Shown here: positions 53,504 through 64,000 of the stretch, one piece after another
Position numbering within the stretch: position 1 is the stretch's first letter
Layout: each line of letters opens with the position of its first letter
Assembly (NCBI RefSeq): GCF_026571515.1
Contig: NW_026851606.1
Coordinates: 1-64,000, forward strand
Source of the DNA: Ruditapes philippinarum
Taxonomy: Eukaryota
Length of the DNA stretch: 64,000 bases
Direction: 5' to 3'
Notes under the pieces: generated by a model
Database searches by the model: none
The model's input: the letters and a program-made list of their open reading frames with translations, nothing else
Told to the model about the DNA's origin: nothing
Made by a program: the position numbers and the translations under genes

Positions 53504-55286
53504 ATGTTGGTGTCGACTAATTTTCATACGTTTTTCAAAATTATCTGTTGGTAAGTGATTTCTAAGTTAAATATGAAACAATTTTACCAGTTTTCACTGG
53601 CTACTAAACGCTGAATTTGGATATTGATATGTATGAAGGTGAATCTTGCGCATCTAAACGAAAACTTCACTTCAGCTCTAAAGACAAATGTTTGAGGCTG
53701 TTCCATTTTACGCCCTTCTGGTGCCATGCTTTTCTATTCTGTCAAAACATTAAAGAATTGAAAAGAAATTTGCTGTTTCAGTTATTTCTTTGTGTAACAT
53801 ATCATGTTTTTATTTTATTTTTACCTTTGTTCTCAATTCATGGACATTTTTCAATTCTATTATGTTCGGTAAATAGTTCAGTATTTTAATACGTTTTTTT
53901 TTATATAAGTCATATAAGAAATAGTCTATATAATAAAGTCATATAAGAAATAGTCTAGATTTTTTGAATGCATCTGTAAAGTTCATATGTGATCAGTCAT
54001 GTTTCTTTCTGTTAACGTCATACTGGTACATTGTAACTAAATTCGTAGATTAAATTACTGTATTATTTTTCAGCACCATAGTGTTATGCGTCGGCATGCT
54101 CTTTACAACAAATTGGACACGAGAGTCAGGAATGTGTCAACATATCTCAATGCAATACATTCGTCCACTCAAAACTCGTGCAGTTGCACGCGAGGATCAC
54201 GAGATTTTTGAAGACACGAGGAAAGCTCTCATGAGCGTCAATAAATCTTCTTTTAATTTAGACAGCCCGCAAACTTTCAGTACTGGAAACAATTCTCTGA
54301 CGATTAATCAAACAGCTACAGGAGAAGGAAAAAAGCCAAAAATCACTCATATAGCATTCTTAAAGGTTCACAAAGCAAGTTCGACAACCATGCAGAACAT
54401 TTTCTTCAGATTTGGACTGAAAAATAATTTAAACATTTTACTTCCCAAAAGGGGTAATTACCTCCAGAAAAAGGCGGATCAAATGCCAATTAAACGACCA
54501 AACCATTATGATGTATTTGCCATACATACAATTTACCATAAATCGTTTTTCGACAGCCTACTTCCGGTAGATGCCGTAAAAATCGCAATAGTTCGGGAGC
54601 CAATCGACAGAATGATAAGCGCCGCCTACTATTATCGCGACGTGTGGCATAAACCCTACTTAACTAGAGTCCCGCGTGCAGGCTTCATTCACAACCTTGT
54701 CAAATATCCGGAGAAATACGAGCCCAGCTTTTTTTCGGACACCCGAAATGCGATGGCAAGGGACTTCGGATTACCGAATAAGTTTAAGCCAACTGACACC
54801 CAGGGAGTTCAAAACTACTTACAGCATCTAAACTCTCAGTTTTTATTAGTATTATCCGTGGAAAAAATCGACGAATCTCTAGTGTTAATGAAACGATTAC
54901 TCGGATGGGAATTGAAAGAAATATTATATGTAACAAAAAACAAACACAAGCATACGCCAATCGTACTAAGCGCTTACGAAAAATCCAAATTTAGAAAAAC
55001 ATCGTTTTTAGACTTTAAAATTTACGACTATTTCACAAACGTTTTGGATGAAAAACTTAACAAAATGCAAGAAGACTTTTGGAAGGAAGTTAACTACTTG
55101 AAAACGATACTAAAAAGGTTAAACGTGTTTTGTTCAAGTAACAATCAAAGTCTCGGAATAGTTATAGCAAAGACAAATTGGAATGACCAATTCAGCATTT
55201 ATAAAAACGATTGTAAATTAATGTCAACTAATGAACTTTCGTTTATTGCAAAGCTTCGAGCCCGTCATAGACAAAGAAATTCATAA
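53504..55286 (+). CDS. Galactose-3-O-sulfotransferase family protein (GAL3ST-like), copy 2
   Basis: Exons 53504-53550 and 54074-55286 (phase-2 intron, TG|C) give MLVSTNFHTFFKIICCTIVLCVGMLF (signal anchor); motifs IAFLKVHKASSTT, VREPIDRMISAAYY and EKIDESLVLMKRLLGW. A likely 5'UTR exon donor is at ~52596. Confidence 0.88.
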
Positions 55287-57332
55287 CATTAAATCATATT
55301 ATTTTATTTATTTATTGTTTTTGTAAAAAAAAATGTATCTTTTTTAATATATTATTAAAATGTTTAATAAAACCAAGTTACAGTTAATATTGGCGTGTTA
55401 TTGGCTTATTGCTGGTATAGTTTACTTTGTCCCATGTATTTGCTGGAATAAAAACATGTATATACACTGTACTATGTCAAATGTTGTCTTAATTTAGACA
55501 TATACTTTTTCATAATATGAGAAAATTCAGCTATTCAAAATTATGTGCTGGCCACATGAGCTTTATGACAAACATTATGTATAAAATATTGTTGTTTTTT
55601 AATAATTAAACAAGCAATGCTTATCTAAGTGATTTTTATAGGAGAAAAATAATCTACGTTTGCATCGGTTTGTTGTTGCGACAAATAAATGACATGAATT
55701 CTTACGTTCCCGACTAGCCTGACTTCTGTTAGAAAAAAAATCATTCTTCTTCCAAATGACTCTTTTTTTTTTGCAAACAAGCACCGAGATTGTTACGATT
55801 TAGTCATGGTAAAACAATTAGTTTATTTAGTGATATGTCGTAAATATAATTAATATGGAGAATATTTTGAGGAAATGTTTTACATGTATACCCTTTCACG
55901 TGTTATTAATTCGAAAAATCAAATAAAAAACATCTTTAAAAACTAATAAAATTTGTTTCTTTTATTTAAACAACACAATTAAACATACTTTTACTCATAA
56001 AAAAAATAAATTATTCAATGAGTAAACGCCAAATAATTATTGATATAAAACCAATTAAAATTGTGATCATTAGTGAGAATCTATATCATTGAAATATATG
56101 GAATATTTTTGAGTGTGATCAAATACAAAGACATTCAGTACTCATTATGCAAAGATCACGTCCCCAATCTTCGTTTACATCTAACGGTAACCTGGTAGAT
56201 CTACTTTCAATCCGAGATGATGATTAGTAAATGGCGAGGTGTTCCAAAGTTTTCAAAGTCATGAGTGCAGGCTTCATACAGTCAAAGTCAAGTTTTCTGA
56301 TCAGGATCCATGCTGTTCGCTATCAGTTTCTCTACTTGCTATAGGGTTTGTAAGCGAACAGCATGGATCCTGATCAGACTGCGCGGATGCTTGTACATAG
56401 TTTTTTTTTTGAAAGACCATGGTTTTAGGAAAATAGCAATTACAATTTTAGAAGGAGAATTAATTTTAGATTGGGAAATTTGATAAGATCTCTATGCATT
56501 ACTCAAAACGAACAAAAAAAACACCCAGGTTGACCAAACTCTTTGCATCTGCACCGATTACAGGATCTAACAGCTGAATGGTGTCTATGAGTAGACATGC
56601 ATGGTTGCCTGTCCTTGGTTTGCGCACAATACGGACACTAGACAAAATTTATGAAACAATCGAAGCCTTAAAATATATTTACAGTGTATTTATTTATTTA
56701 TTTATTCGTTTATTTACATACATGTCACGTAGATTTATACCTCAAGATTCATCTAAGCAACAATGTACAAAGCAATTTGAATCAAATTTACAACATCATT
56801 ATCAATTATTTCGTTTTATTCTAAATGAAAATAGAAGGTCTCTGGCCAGTTTGTCAAGCTGAATGACAGATAGTTCTTACATGGACAAACAATTGCCAGT
56901 TTCTAAGAAACTGTGAAGGGTATGGATTGAAATGATTGCACACTTGGTTCATGCAAAATAGTTGCAAACTTTACAAATGTTAAGGTTTCAGCATTTGACC
57001 TAATTTTTGAGGATATATTTTGGTCTTGTATACTCATAACTTGAGAATTGACAAGCAACTATTCTGGGCTTTTTCCATCTGTAAGTTTTGAAGTTCGTGA
57101 AACAAGACAAAATATGTTTTTTCCACATAAATATATATTTGAATAAATGAGTAGAAAACCCAACCAGAATAGTTACTTGCTAACTCGCGAGATATGCACA
57201 TGACCAGTTTATATCTTCAATAACTTCGTCAAATCAGAACCTAGAAAGCTAAAACCTAAAACTGAATATGTCATAAACCTTGCCTTAATGGATAGACATA
57301 TTAAAAAAATATTTTTCATAACACTCACTTAC

Positions 57333-57709
57333 CTGGTCAGAATACGGTTGGGCGTTATACATTTTCATGACTCGGTCGCCATTTCGTCAAGTTTGCGACC
57401 ATGTCACTCGCTTAAATCAAGGATCCAACCACTTCACGTCCTACTCCATGACGCAGTGGTCCTTTTTTGCTCTGCTACACATTTGAGCGAAGCCAGATAA
57501 ATCACTGTGAGCGAATACAAAGCCAATCAAATCACTGTGAGCGAAGACAATCAAGTCACGGTGATCAAAGCCAATCAAATCATTGTGAGCGAAGCCAATG
57601 AAATTACCTTGAGGAGTTCTTCGACCTAAGTGGCGATATCTTAACGCTGTATTCAATGCCACGCCTGATGAGGTACTGAAGACGTTCACGTTTGGTTGCT
57701 TGTCGCCAT
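57333..57709 (-). pseudogene. Spliced but stop-riddled two-exon remnant (pseudogene or non-coding transcript)
   Basis: AAAAATGGCG start context at 57709, donor AAG|GTAATT after 57608, acceptor TAG|CAG at 57474, donor CAG|GTAAGT after 57333. The ATG frame has several internal stops. A ~27-bp tandem repeat fills the intron (57490-57600). Confidence 0.3.
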
Positions 57710-58817
57710 TTTTTATGCGATAATCAATCGAAAATTTACAATTAAAAATGTTTGAAAGGTGAAAGGCATGAATAGTTACACCTCTTTAAACCGAAAATGT
57801 TCACTTGGTCGCAGCTGAAAATACATGCATTCACAAAGACTGTAAACAGGGTTGACGGGACTTTCGATATTCTGAACATTTTCAGCTGCGTCAGACTGAA
57901 TTTTGGCTGCTAATTAGGTGTCAGTGTTCATTTAACTTAATATTTGCCCATAGTCGGCCGATTGAGAAACGATTTTATCCACCGATTTGGCATTCCGCAG
58001 ATTTCGGCAACCTCATTAATTCAAAAACCTACCTAACATTTTCGTGTGCGCAACACTGAAGATTTTCTGCTGTAAGGGTATAACTATTCAACTTGTTCAT
58101 GTATTCAAGTGATGCCGATTGGAACTGTTTAGTTAACGTGGACGTTTTGTCTACTTCTTCGTCAACCCTAAATCCTAAATGAACTTTCTTTTTATTGCAC
58201 CAACCTAAACATTTTTGCTGAAAATGTGTAACATATTAACTTCTTGAACCGATACAGGAACGGAAATATGCGTTCCCGTTCCAAAGATTCGAACGTGATA
58301 GTTAGTCTCTCAAAATGTGTAGGTGAACAGTAAAGTCATTAATACTCATTCTCTAAGCACAACTGGGTTAAACATATTTATTTGCGAAACAAGTTCTTGC
58401 AACTTATATTAATCACTTTCGAGTCCGCTTCATGGAACCAACAAGTACTGGTGTCACATGAAGAAACATGGTCGTGACCCGGTTAGGGCTCGAAAACATG
58501 ATCCTTGGGTTGAGAGGCAAACACATTAACCACTAGTTCACCGCTCTCCTTAAGCAACTACAAATATCAAGAAGCTCAAATATCTATGTAAAAAGAACCA
58601 CGCTTATTAGTAAATTTGAACATTTTTTCAAAGGACCATACAATTTGATTTTCGATTTAGCTTCGGCAGAATTCCCGAAGGACTCACCGATACCAGAGGA
58701 CACAGGGTCCCACTGTATATATCACCATATCCAGTTCTGCGAATTTAGCCCGAGTCAGACGAAAAATCCGAAATTTGTCTTCCAATTTTCTTTTATTGTC
58801 GAAGTTTCGACCAATCA

Positions 58818-59168
58818 ATGCAGCTGGAGCTGGAGCTGATAACTAATGGCGAGCTCGAAGAGCTGGTCCGAAGGGTCTGCTCGCATTGCGAGCTTTACGG
58901 TAAGGCGAGTACCTGCTAGATAGTGCTGGTTTTGAAAACTTTCGCAGGAAGTACTCAAAAGTTATGGGTAATAGACCAATCGCAACTTTTCGACTTACAT
59001 GATAAGGATAAAAGCCGAGCAATTCTGATTAAAAACGGATGCATAGACTTGTCTCCTGCGCACTTCAATGTGTACCATAATAGGACTGGGAACCAAAAAA
59101 AATGCAAGTTGTGTATAATATACCGCATGGCACTTTTAAAACGGAAAATGTATGATAAAAATGTATGA
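58818..59168 (+). pseudogene. Disrupted ORF of unknown family with two CxxC motifs
   Basis: MQLELELITNGELEELVRRVCSHCELYGKASTC*IVLVLKTFAG...KKCKLCIIYRMALLKRKMYDKNV*: 116 codons with one internal TAG (58917-58919). Confidence 0.3.
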
Positions 59169-61324
59169 TTATATCAACCGACTTCCCGTTCATAGCCTTT
59201 GCTTATTTCATATATCTGGTTCCCTGTCGTATTATGGTTCCCATCTACGTTCTCTGACTGGTGGATTAAATTTAGATATCATATAAAACACGAAATGGCC
59301 ATATAGATAGTGTAGGTGTGTAGAGTGCGGCCGACAGTGTGCAGTTCTAAGTGTATTGAAAATAGTTTTAAGTGTATTGAAAAAAGTTAAATGTGTTTCT
59401 ATTCCCTTCGCCGAAAGATGGCGCAGCCCTAGAAGACCTAGAAACCTGGGACTGGCATATACATGTATATTGCCCAAAAGACGATTTCTTGCCATTAACA
59501 ATTTAAGAGGACGGTTTATTCCTGGTCTCATTATACATGCACATGTTTTATAAAGGCGACTTTTATAATTCCCGTTTGATTAATGTATAACCGCCCTTAG
59601 GATATGTTGCCTGCTTTTATAAGCTTTTTTTTTAATGTTTATTTATTTTTTTATTTTATTTATTTATTTTGACATCTGGCTTTATGCAGGCATTATAACC
59701 TCTGATCACTCTTCAGAATAGTAGTAAATATACAATGTTTTTTTAGAAAATCACCCTCACTGCAAACGCTTCCATGACAAAGGGGTTAACTAAATGCTGC
59801 TTTAGTCGGTAATAGGCGGCGTGGACGGTAGCTTGTACCTTACGCTACCGTCCATGGACAAACACAATCAATTCTGCTGTTTTGGACGTTCTTTAAGTAC
59901 TCTAGGGTTCTCTTCTCTATTGCACATGTATCACTCAAGTTATAACTTGGTAAAATGGTTTGAATTCAACACCATGGTATTCAACTGTTCTACACGTCGC
60001 CTCAATGAATCAAGTTTCATGAAAATTCTTCAAAAAAGTAAAGGAAATATAGGACGGACACCAAAAAGGGAGCTCGAACGTTTGACCCTCGAGTGTGATA
60101 TTTACTTAGACCTTACTTACTCATAATCTGTGCATTGAATGATACAATGATGGATTGTTTTATATGATATAAATCTATAAAAATGAAAGTCCAATGTTTG
60201 ACCTTCACATTAACAGAATTTTATCAGACTATCGCTTTTTTTAAATAAAAGATACGTCAAAGTAACGAAGTTGTACTTATGTTTGTGCGAACCTTTAATA
60301 ATAGTACAAAATGTATATGTTTATCTGGCTTCCGGACCCATGTACTTTAAAATCAAGTAATGCTGTGTGAGGAATATTCTACACCCATAATTAATTCTCA
60401 ATAACTCCTTAGGATTGCGATACAATTTTTTACAAAAAAATACGCCTTATCAAACATTTTAATTTCAAAAGACGTCATAAAGGTGCATCGAAATTTGTTG
60501 TTTATGACAGAATGTTAGATTTTTATTTATATCCAAATAATCAGAAGTTCGCCATTTTGCTCTAAGCCATTTTAAAATATGCGTTACATATGACAATTGT
60601 TTATCAGTGATCAATGCTGATAAATTGAAGTTATAAACAAATATTTCATCTAAAATTACTTTGTTCAGTTGATATTTTCGTTGGACTTTCTTTTTCAAGA
60701 TTTTTTAAATAGATAACGCGTTACATTTTTTTTTGCTCTGTACTTTTTCTCATATTGGAATGCAATTACTTTAAAGGACATCTGCTATTATGTCTATGTG
60801 CATGTTTCGATATCAAATAATTTAATGTTCCTAAAGTTTAGATAAATCATTAATGACTGCTTTAATGTTATTTTACTAGAACAAAAGTGATTAGCCTTTA
60901 CTATTAGTGATAAGACAAACAAGCTTGTACTTTCTGACAGCTGGTACCTCTCTTTTTAATTAATTTATGTTGAAATCTTTTTAATTTTGAATGGACTGTT
61001 CCGAATTCAAAGCTTGGCTATTCCATTACACTAATATGGTGAGATCAGGTTTCTCATAAAAGCGTATCATACAATTTTTTTTGTTCGCTCATAAAGACCA
61101 CCTACAAATAAAGACCTTCCTGTAAATAAAGATCACTATTTGACAAATCGTCATCTGATAATATTACGAACAGACTACACACCAAATAAAGACCATTTGT
61201 CTAATAAAGGCAATGTGTGGTCTCTCATTGTACGGACGGTCTTTATTGACAGGTTTGACTGTAGTATGATAATACCTGAGTTATGAAGATAATGTAGATA
61301 TACGTAAAATCCAGAGAAACAAAT

Positions 61325-61559
61325 GAGCCGCGTCACGACAAAACCAACAAAGTGCGTTGGCGACCAGCATGGATCCAGACCAGCATGCGCATCCGCGCAG
61401 TCTGATCAGGATCCTTGCTGTTCGCTTACAAACCCTATTAGAAGTAGAGAAACTGATAGCGAACAGCATGGATCCTGATCAGACTGCGCGGGTGCGCAGG
61501 CTGGTCTTGATCCATGCTGGTCGCAAACGAATTACGTTGGTTTTGTCATGACGCGGCTA
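61325..61559. mobile_element. Palindromic MITE with GAG terminus and AAAT TSD (Sola-like); partial copy at ~56297-56390
   Basis: AAAT|GAGCCGCGTCACGACAAAACCAAC ... GTTGGTTTTGTCATGACGCGGCTA|AAAT; almost the whole element is an inverted repeat. Confidence 0.8.
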
Positions 61560-63389
61560 AAATTGTGGTGCTATAAAAATAGCCACTTCGTGAGACATAA
61601 GAGACGTAATTGTTATATGCATACCAACTTTTTTTATGTCCCTAGGGTTAAACATACGTAAATTAATAATCTACGTAAAGAATACATTCGTACATATCAA
61701 TAATTAATGTATCGCCCTCTGGTCAGAATATACTTACGTTCTAACAAACTGTATGACACAAATTAAAAAACATTATTGAAAACAATCTATGAAAAACGTT
61801 TCAGAATAAAACAAATTTAATATATATTAAAAATATGGACTTTTTCAGTTATAATCTTTAAGGTTTTTTTTAGAAATTTTTTTCTGGTTTCAAAGGTAAT
61901 GTATACTTTGTTTTATAACAAATCTTTGTATTAAATGAACGTAGTTAACTACAAAATCAAATGAACATATGAAAAAGAAAAAAGAATCAAAAGGACGGCT
62001 TTAACGAATCTCGGATATGATAAAACAATGTTTAATATGCACAATTTCTGAACTTAATAATTTTGATGCTGTGAGACATCGACATTACATAAAATATTAT
62101 ATAGAAAAGCTCATTTCAACGTTGACAAGATCAGAGAGCGTTCATGTATCAATTATGTCTTTTCGGCATATCTTTATGTCAGACACTGCGAAAGAGAGCG
62201 AATACTGCAAAACCCAGCGTATCTTCCAAAGACACACCTTGGTGTGACATTGGTATCAACCAAAAAGACAACGATAATAATTAAAGGCTTCTGCTTTGGG
62301 AGGATTTTTTCATAAACCCTCATTCCCTGCGAGCTCCAGCCCGCAGGGTATTGGTATGCGGCATGGAAGAGCATGTGGCCTGTTTTAGGTACATATAGGA
62401 GCACGTGATCTGTAAATCGTACTTGAAAGGTACATCAACGTTGTAAAAAAATTAAAATAAAATAATAAAATCTATACTTCGTGCTATATGGTATTTTCAA
62501 ATGGGTATATGAAAGAATATTCAAGTGCAATTAAAAAAAAAAGAATTGGATGTAAACATTAAAAATAGTGTTGTAGTCTGTATCATCAATATGTTTGCAA
62601 GAGAAATCTCAAACGTCTGGATGGTACAGACGAATGACATACCAAAATGCCCTCTCTCGTCTCCGGTCTTCGACGGTCACCGGTCTCCAAAGACGTTCTT
62701 CTATTGATACTATATTCTCGAAAAAAACTTTTTTTAAACAATTTTGAAAATAGTTAAAAATGAAATATCTTTTAAATTATTGAAACTTATCCCGCTTTAT
62801 AATTATTAAAAGTTATCCCCACAGGAAACCTTTTTAACTTGTTTCATAGTGCTACGAATCGACACAGTGCGACAATTAAGACGTTCAATTTGTTCTTGTC
62901 ATGACTCTCTGCATGGGAGGTTTGTTTATTCGATGTGGTCAGGGTTGGTAGAAGTTATACGGAATCTTCAGTCTTCACTTCAGAACAATGCACAAATGTT
63001 TGTACTCGGAGTTGAAGACATTTTTTTCCTGCAAGGAGCACTCGCGGAAAAACAAAACAATAAATTCTAATACATAAATAAATGAAATAAAATATAAAAA
63101 AAGTTAACACGACAATTCAGAAATGTCATTCAATCAAAAACACCAGGCATGTTTAACGTGATTCCAAAAATGCAAAGGACAGAAAGTAAAACAAATAAAC
63201 ATAAAAAACGGAAAACAAATGGAAGGAAAGTACATGGATTTAAGGTGTTTTTCTAGTGGAGATAAACTGGCAGCTTTTCTTAGATGTCATTGCTTCTGAT
63301 GATGTATGAACTTAAATAATTTTCCGGTCTGTCCTTGATACCTGCCTGCTGCGGTATCTCGTAATTTAAATTGTATAGGGCTTAAACTA

Positions 63390-63493
63390 TATGGTGGCTG
63401 ATTTGTGCCATTTCGTCACTTTGTCGTATTTTCGTGTTTTCGTTTGGCGCCCAGCGGAGCGAAAACACGACATGGTATAAATCAGCCACCATA
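63390..63493. mobile_element. Small MITE
   Basis: 15-bp perfect TIR TATGGTGGCTGATTT / AAATCAGCCACCATA; no clear TSD. Confidence 0.65.
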
Positions 63494-64000
63494 CCCTGCA
63501 CTTTCCTAGAACATTCTGTTTTACTCGGGATTTTTCTATCAGCTCATGAACCTCTTCATATCATGGATGCTTCCGAAATCTTTTCTGGAACCGACAGAAG
63601 TTATTGAACAAGGCTGAATGTCCTGAGGATGTGAACATGATAATGTTAATACATTACCGATTGTTTGAAGAAAGGTTATTTAATCGTCTAAATTTTGCTC
63701 GTGACCAAACTACGATATGTTGTGACGGTGCAGACACCTAGCAACGGTTACGGAAAGTACGCGCCGTTGCATTGCATCTGATCCGTTATCGAGACGAAAC
63801 AGAATATAGACAAATTTCGACAAAACAAATTGACAGACAATTGTTGAAATTGCACAGATAATTTTATACATGTACTGTAATACACAAGAGTATTTACTTC
63901 AATATAAGTGTCTCTTGTACGGAGATTGACTCAAAAATTTACCACTTCTCTCGGTTCAAATTTCATGTACATTCATTTACAAAAGTTTTTTGTAAAACAA

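Noticed and set aside
57665-57690. CTGATGAG as a hammerhead ribozyme core
   Set aside because: No stem II followed by GAAA and no matching stems I/III.
57000-64000. Fanzor/TnpB, Helitron Rep/helicase, RT or Polinton genes
   Set aside because: No RuvC, HUH, helicase, YxDD or polB motifs recognisable in the ORF track or in the frames I translated by hand.

Overview
AT-rich, intron-rich animal genomic DNA. The repeat types (Helentron/HINE-like elements with internal ~120-bp arrays, tRNA-derived SINEs, many MITEs) and tandem GAL3ST genes suggest a bivalve mollusc (inference). By manual splicing I recover: the 3' six coding exons of an ANKRD13-family gene (+, 187-5776); a complete ARPC3 (-, 7 exons, 177 aa); a complete GPN3 (+, 8 exons, 279 aa), head-to-head with ARPC3; and two tandem galactose-3-O-sulfotransferase genes (+). 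Between ANKRD13 and ARPC3 lies an unrecognised, phase-consistent 4-5-exon minus-strand gene with a TATA/CCAAT promoter, encoding an RS-rich, NLS-bearing protein of ~189 aa. The main unexplained patterns are: (i) minisatellites seeded at splice junctions, which multiply donor or acceptor sites; (ii) conserved hairpin modules shared by 17.6-18.1 kb and 59.6-60.0 kb but in permuted order; (iii) a decayed, ORF-fragment-rich segment at ~57-64 kb that may be a relic of a large mobile or viral element. No CRISPR, rRNA or bona fide tRNA gene was found. All family assignments come from sequence recognition without database searches.
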